Origin: Fistulifera solaris
Lineage: Eukaryota
Assembly (NCBI GenBank): GCA_030295235.1
Contig: AP026135.1
Span: 1 to 64,000, forward strand
Direction of reading: 5' to 3'
Length of the DNA: 64,000 nucleotides
This document shows positions 60,211-64,000 of this stretch, piece after piece (positions within the stretch are counted from its first letter, which is position 1; each line of letters starts with the position of its first letter). A model generated the notes under the pieces. That model saw only the letters and a program-made list of their open reading frames with translations. It did not search any database and was not told where the DNA came from. The position numbers and the translations under genes were made by a program.

Positions 60211-61625
60211 ATGAAAACACAAGTCGCAGTGACGCCGATGCGCGCTAGGCAACAACAATCACAACATCCATTCACCTCTCCTGACACAGCGGCGCTGTTG
60301 TTGATCGATTCGCATTCCAATCGTTTTGAACTCATTCAATTGAACAGTGAATTATCGGAAACAGATATGTTGTTACAAATTCCAAACATAGCAACCCACA
60401 GCTTCTTTCGTTCGCAACGATATGTGGGAATTATCGGAGGATCGTCGCCAGTGCGCGTCGCTCTTCCGCACGGCATGACGAAACGTGCTTGTGTGCGATG
60501 GGCACGATCGATTCTTACGACGAATCCTGTGTGTGCTATGGTGAGTTCTGTGCATGTGTAGGTTGTGTTTGTGTGGATTGCAGAGAACAATTGTTTGCGG
60601 GTGAAACGGAAAGTTATTTCTCGTGATACTCACTCTATTCTTTTACATTACGACATTCGCCGTACTACTGTGAATTGATTTTCTTTTCGTCAGTTGACAA
60701 AATATGGATATGATTTGCAGGAATGGTTTTCTATAAGGCCCGATTTATTGATCCTGTTGTTGGATCTGGCTTCCCAACGCTTCGAACTGGTCGTTATGGA
60801 CTCCATTTCGACGGTGGAAGAGTGTTTGCAACAAATACCTGTACGAGCGACAGATCCGTTTTTGAAGCAACAACAAACGTATGTCGGACTTTGTGATCCC
60901 ATAACGATGGAACCATGTCAGTGGATAGAGGCGAACTCTGCTGCGAAAGAGAATCCATCAATGTCGACTGTGTTCGTAGCGATCCCAAAAGGCCACAGTG
61001 CCATAGAATGTGCCACATTGGCTCGATCCATTTTGGCGACGAAAGCTGTAATGCAAACGGTACGTTCTGGTGCTTGCATTTGCCCTGTCGCTTCGCCTTA
61101 TTCTTCTGACATGTGTCGTTCCTGTCATTATCTTAGCTGCACTCGCACGGCTTTCCTGTCCCTATTCTTCCGTCGGTTTCGAATGCTGTTGTTTTATTGT
61201 TGGATCCACACAAAACGCGTCGCATGGAATGTCTTCGACTGGATGGGTTGACGAACCCCACACCGACGGTCACTCACGTGCTGGAGTATATTCGTCACAC
61301 GGCACGAGAACCGGCGTTGCGCGAACAATCGTACGTTGCTCTCGCAAATGCGTCCGGACCAATCGCCACATCGTCCTTGTCTGTCCTAAAAGATTCAAGG
61401 ACGTGGGTGGCCGTGCCTTTGGGAATTTCGGTGCGCAAATGTCGAGCCATGGCGCGATCCATCTATACGAGTGATCCTGTCCAACAAATGGTATGTGCGG
61501 GTGTGCTTGTGTCTGTCTGTCCGGTTTTATTTTTCTTTGATAAACTCACGCAATGAAATGTTCTTTTTTAGTTACAAAAACATGGATTGGATGCGAACGA
61601 ATGGCGGACTCCGGCGTCCCCGTAA
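60211..61625 (+). CDS. Protein with three tandem ~110-aa repeat domains, one per exon
   Basis: Repeats LLL.D....RFEL...QIP..AT...L..Q.Y.G...VA.P.G.....C...ARSIL; phase-0 introns 60541..60693, 61060..61136, 61491..61571; 3' end uncertain. Confidence 0.7.
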
Positions 61626-62085
61626 CCGAACCACGCGCTGAAATAGTGGGAATGCTTTCAGGGGATCCATTGTCATCCTCGTTATGCGTCTATTTGTGGC
61701 AGAAACGTTCAGCGAATGAAATGATCTGTATAAAGTGTTCGCGTCGACAACGGAATGAAATGGAAAAGGTGAGACCAAACTTGCGCCAAGGATTCGCGTA
61801 AAAATTTTCGGCGACTATGTCGTACTTTACTCAAAACTGTCGCCAGTCGACTCTAGCTTTTCAGAGTAGTCTTGTTTCCGTTGAAGAAAGCACCGCCGAT
61901 AATGCTTCGACCGGGTCATCGGTGCGATCTGTGACCGATGACCCTCATTCAAAATAATAACCAAGATACTCTTTCCTTGCTTCGAGAAAGTGTTGTAGTC
62001 AATCAAACAAAGCAAGAACAAGAAAAGCATACCTTTTCTTGCTTGTGTGAATTTAAACGCACTTAGTTTGAGAAGTAAAAACATC

Positions 62086-63811
62086 ATGAAGTCACATACA
62101 CAGGCCCTTCTTCTTTCATCGGCAGCTTGGTGGACCCTCTCATCCTTCCTCGTCGTCGTACGTGCCGATGACACCAACAGCTCTGCCGCCGATGTCTATG
62201 AGGTGTGTGATTTGGAAACATATTATGCCGATCTCTTGTCGCTCGGTACACCGGATACGTGGACGTTGGAACAAATTCGCGATCACTTGACGGAAACACA
62301 TCGCAACATATTACCCTCGTTCCCAACGAACGAACAACCGGATGACATTGTCGCCGCCTTGATCGATTTGTGGCCCGCTTCGGCGCACGGAACCGGTACT
62401 GACAACGAAATTCACTTGATTTATTCCAATACTGCCATTGCCAGTCGTCCGGCGTTGGGACTCGAGAACTGGAGGCCGGAACAATATTGGCCCTTGACGC
62501 GAGGAGTGTCCGTAACCTCGGCGACGTATACCGATGTGCATCAGAATGCTCCGGCCGATTACAGTGTTCTGGATGATAAGGAAGCCTTGAATCGAAACTT
62601 TGTTGTCTTTTACGGAGAATGCGGTACCGTCAAGGATGCCGAACTTTGTGTATCGCCCGCCAACGTCGAAGCGGCCGAAGATACTTCACAAGATGGAAAA
62701 GTGTACACACCCGAGGCCAACATGCGCGGTGACATTGCGCGTGGATTGTTTTATGACAGTGCTCGCTACGTCTACTTGACCTTGACAGACTGTCCACCCT
62801 TTGCGCAGGGGAGAATACGGATACCGTTCGGCTCTGTTGGAATGGCACGCCCAAGATCCCCCCGACGAAGTCGAACAAGCCCGCAACGACCGGGCCTGTC
62901 GTCGTTGGCAGGGAAATCGTAACATTTTTGTCGATTATCCTCAACTTGTGCCGCGTTTGTTTGGAGAGCCCGATTTCATTCTGGACAACCAGCAAACGTA
63001 CAATGAGTGTGTCGATGCGACCGAAGCCCCGACCGCGACACCCAACGAATGCAGTGCCATTCAACCGGGCGATATTAGTGTATTTGGATTCAATTCGGTC
63101 GACCCGGACCAGATTCTGTTCTTTCCCATTTTCAACATTCCAGCTGGCGTCGGAAGTCTGTTTTTGACCACCAACGCGTGGGATGGAGAAGCACTGTTGC
63201 CGACCGGAAAGACCGTTGAGGTGAGTGTGCATAGTGCGTGTGCTTGTGCTGGAATTTTCAGAGTGACGCGTAATGCTCATGCTTGAATGTTTCTCCTTTT
63301 CTAGTACGTGATTCCGGACAGAGGTATTGAAGCTGGTCTTGTATTTGCTTACAATGCAGTCATTCTCAACTACACCACCAATGAACCACGAGAAGAATTC
63401 GTATGGAACGAATTGAATGACGAGCCGTTTGCCGTGGACAATTTGGGCGATCACTTTCATTTGTACTGTATCAATGCGGACAATGAACCCCATTTCATTT
63501 TCAGTCTCGGGTTCAATAGCGTCAAGGAGTGGAAAGCAGACGCCTTACCGGCGGCCGAATATGGAAAGTCGAGTGCGTTGCCCGCTCGTCTTAGTGAAGA
63601 AGGCAATGTTTTGTTGCCGGACTTTGCAAACTGGTTCTACAATGGAACCCAAAATGCCAGTGCTTCTGTATTGATTCCGGCCTTTTCCGATGCCGCCAAC
63701 TGGATCAGTAGTGATCGACCATTCGAGATCGATAGTGGGGCGTCGACTATTCTGTCGATGCTTGTTTCAGTCGCATGTGTGTTTGTGTCCGTAGCATACG
63801 CTTGGATGTAA
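62086..63811 (+). CDS. Secreted or membrane-anchored endonuclease I (EndA/NucM)-like protein, active site apparently degenerate
   Basis: Signal peptide; RGDIARGLFY, LLEWH..DPPD..E..RN, WQGNRNIFVDYP; frameshift in G-run near 62808; intron 63221..63304; hydrophobic C-terminus. Confidence 0.8.
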
Positions 63812-64000
63812 GGGAAAAAGAAAGAAGGGTAGTAAACTTGAGAAAAAGAATCTATTTCATACTGTCATTAGGTTTTGTATCTTTATTTTACATTATATTC
63901 AAAATAACGTCGCTCGATTGTTGCGTCAATCGAGATTTCAATCTAACTATATTCTCTAGTCGAGTGATTTAAAACCGCTTGTGATTGTTATCTTCGCCAA

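Noticed and set aside
6780..62815. Programmed ribosomal frameshifting or mass pseudogenisation in nirB, ZNF598, CCA1, UCHL5, ITPK1, SelO and endonuclease I
   Set aside because: Shifts are single-base, go in both directions and fall mostly in homopolymers of otherwise conserved genes; long-read consensus error is the simpler explanation

Overview
Left end of a eukaryotic chromosome, most likely from a diatom: (CCCTAA)n telomere, dense genes with short GT-AG introns, and a signal-peptide/'SAF'-type presequence. Many genes carry single-base frameshifts, mostly in homopolymers, which points to long-read consensus errors. In order, the window holds: the telomere joined directly onto a 5'-truncated, heavily disrupted PDZ/PI3K-family gene; an NAD(P)H nitrite reductase (NirB-NirD fusion); an H-NOX gene fragment split by a ~1.87 kb 16-bp satellite flanked by a 126/127-bp direct duplication; ZNF598/Hel2, CCA-adding enzyme, UCH37 and ITPK1; two divergent GT2 glycosyltransferase paralogs plus a duplicated tail; an M43 metalloprotease; a Ser/Thr kinase; a tandem pair of ethylene-receptor-like hybrid histidine kinases; a TMEM208-like gene; two paralogous orphan ORFs; selenoprotein O with an in-frame UGA and a candidate SECIS; a Cys-repeat membrane protein; an alpha/beta hydrolase; a BtuF-like + DUF5522 + DUF71 triple fusion (possible B12 salvage); an exon-repeat protein; and a degenerate endonuclease I. 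Two palindromic motifs recur in intergenic DNA. All family assignments come from motif recognition by eye; no database searches were run.
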